From: Candidatus Cloacimonadota bacterium | GTDB lineage: Bacteria > Cloacimonadota > Cloacimonadia > Cloacimonadales > Cloacimonadaceae | DNA length: 43,734 nt | NCBI GenBank assembly: GCA_023230025.1 | Contig: JALNYD010000001.1 | Location: 1 to 43,734 of the forward strand | Direction of reading: 5' to 3' | In this document: positions 42,523-43,734 of the stretch, piece by piece | Position numbering within the stretch: position 1 is the stretch's first letter | How the letters are laid out: every line of letters starts with the position of its first letter | Translations under genes and position numbers: made by a program | The notes under the pieces: generated by a model | What the model was told of the DNA's origin: nothing | Seen by the model: only the letters and a program-made list of their open reading frames with translations | Databases searched by the model: none

Positions 42523-43734
42523 TTATCGAATCACCGTCAGCTTGCCAGTGGTGGAAGCAGTGCCGCTTTGGAAACGATAGAAATAGATGCCGTTGTTTAG
42601 CTTTATATCCAGACTGATCTGCTCTGCCGGTTGAAGCTGAACCGAGTGCAGCATTTGCCCCCTAAGGTTGAAGAGCTTGAACTCACCCCTTTGATTATCA
42701 AGGGATTTCACATTCAAGCTATGTCCGCTGCGCAAGGGGGATGGATACACGGCGATGGCAGGAATCTGGATTTGAGCAGGATCTGCATTGGAGCTACTAC
42801 CGGGTTGCAGTTTGATATCCGTTGGCATCAAGCCTGTGCTGTAGTTCCGGAGATTGTTGAAATCCAGGTTCAGCACCTGAACAATGGCATTATCTCCCCA
42901 ATTGGGATTCAATAGGGCAATCAGGTTTGCATCACCAGTCAAGTCGGATGCAGCAAAAGGCAGCGGATCGGATGCCGGATTCAGGAGTGAATAGTCCTCA
43001 GCATCATAACTGTAAAGGCTATAACCGCTATTATCGGCCACATAAGCAATACCATCACTGCTGATCCAGATGTTACCTGGAGTACCCCCAATCGGGATTG
43101 TATAAACAATTTCGTCGCTCTGGGTATCGATCACACAGATCGCACCAGCGATATCCGTCCAGTTTCCGGTGCATGATACATGCAATTTGCCATCATGAAG
43201 TTGGATAAACTGGGGATTTGCCACAGTGGGGATGCTCTGGATCAGGCTAAAGCTATCCAAATCAATCACTGACACCGAACTTCCCGCATAGTTCTGGGCA
43301 TAGTTACCCGCATTGCATACATAGAGCTTCCCATTTGCCACAGCCATCGCTTCCGGAGCAACTCCCACTGATACAGAACCCACTACCTGCCCGGTTTCGG
43401 GATTCATTTTGTACACCTGGAAAGAAAACAAGCCACTGATATATAGGTAACCATCATGCAGAATGGCATCCCAGGGATTGCATCCCACCGCCACCAGGTG
43501 ATTGGCAACAGTGCTGCCGGTTTGGGCAGAAATCTTCTGGATCGCATTGTCGCCAGAATTGACCACAAACAGGTATTCATCACTCAGAATTACCTTGTTT
43601 GGTACAGCTCCCAAATGCGCAAAGCCGTTTTGAACAGTGTTTTCTTCGATATCAATCCGGCTTAGGGTGCGGGATTGAGAGTTCACCACATAAATCACCT
43701 GAGCCATCAGAACAAGCGGACTCAGCAACGCTAT
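42523..43734 (-). CDS. 5-prime-partial YVTN-type beta-propeller protein with a T9SS-type C-terminal domain
   Basis: The frame is open to the window edge. Repeated 'LYV.N.G...V..ID' blades (VYVVNSQSRTLSRID, LFVVNSGDNAIQKIS, LYVCNAGN...VSVIDL). The C-terminus 'VYPSPLRSG...FKLFNLRGQML...GIYFYRFQSG' is CTD-like. Confidence 0.7.
   Translation of the reverse strand: MALLSPLVLMAQVIYVVNSQSRTLSRIDIEENTVQNGFAHLGAVPNKVILSDEYLFVVNSGDNAIQKISAQTGSTVANHLVAVGCNPWDAILHDGYLYISGLFSFQVYKMNPETGQVVGSVSVGVAPEAMAVANGKLYVCNAGNYAQNYAGSSVSVIDLDSFSLIQSIPTVANPQFIQLHDGKLHVSCTGNWTDIAGAICVIDTQSDEIVYTIPIGGTPGNIWISSDGIAYVADNSGYSLYSYDAEDYSLLNPASDPLPFAASDLTGDANLIALLNPNWGDNAIVQVLNLDFNNLRNYSTGLMPTDIKLQPGSSSNADPAQIQIPAIAVYPSPLRSGHSLNVKSLDNQRGEFKLFNLRGQMLHSVQLQPAEQISLDIKLNNGIYFYRFQSGTASTTGKLTVIR

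Overview
43.7-kb window from a moderate-GC bacterial chromosome. Five secreted proteins end in T9SS-type (FlgD-Ig-like) C-terminal sorting domains. There are also two PorV/PorQ-like barrels and a TonB-ExbBD-receptor set. Together these suggest the FCB superphylum, possibly a Cloacimonadota-like organism (inference only, no search was run).

Layout:
- (i) 1-5.2 kb: envelope glycan genes (GT4 glycosyltransferase, WecA/MraY-type phosphosugar transferase), translationally coupled to a beta-propeller T9SS cargo protein.
- (ii) 5.3-10.5 kb: housekeeping genes (aroB, M20 amidohydrolase, asd, tRNA-Arg(CCU), RNB-family exoribonuclease).
- (iii) 10.5-11.1 kb: a 635-bp gene-free convergent spacer packed with perfect hairpins.
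- (iv) 11.1-22.8 kb: a tightly packed 8-gene minus-strand operon. Order: TonB-dependent receptor, ExbB, ExbD, ExbD, TonB, 1040-aa T9SS-CTD protein, PorV-like barrel, 723-aa Asp-box T9SS-CTD protein.
- (v) 23.0-32.1 kb: a 9-gene minus-strand block. Order of transcription: sensor kinase, PtsN-like EIIA, PorQ-like barrel, glyS, pta, aminotransferase, small TM protein, PfkB kinase, purM.
- (vi) 32.2-40.4 kb: a compositionally mosaic accessory/defence island.
- (vii) 40.5-43.7 kb: two more T9SS cargo genes.

The island begins at a truncated GNAT gene. It contains a restriction-modification C-terminal remnant and an AT-rich two-gene module. That module encodes a DUF4062/TIR-like N-domain protein plus a 3-TM protein, and is the best candidate for an undescribed defence system. 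The island also holds a ChaN-like + GNAT block bracketed by ~227-bp direct repeats, an AAA-ATPase + RloB (AbiL-like) pair, an S24-repressor remnant, and at least six TGACA-N6/7-TGTCA palindromes.

All functional calls rest on motif recognition by eye in the supplied translations. No database search was run.
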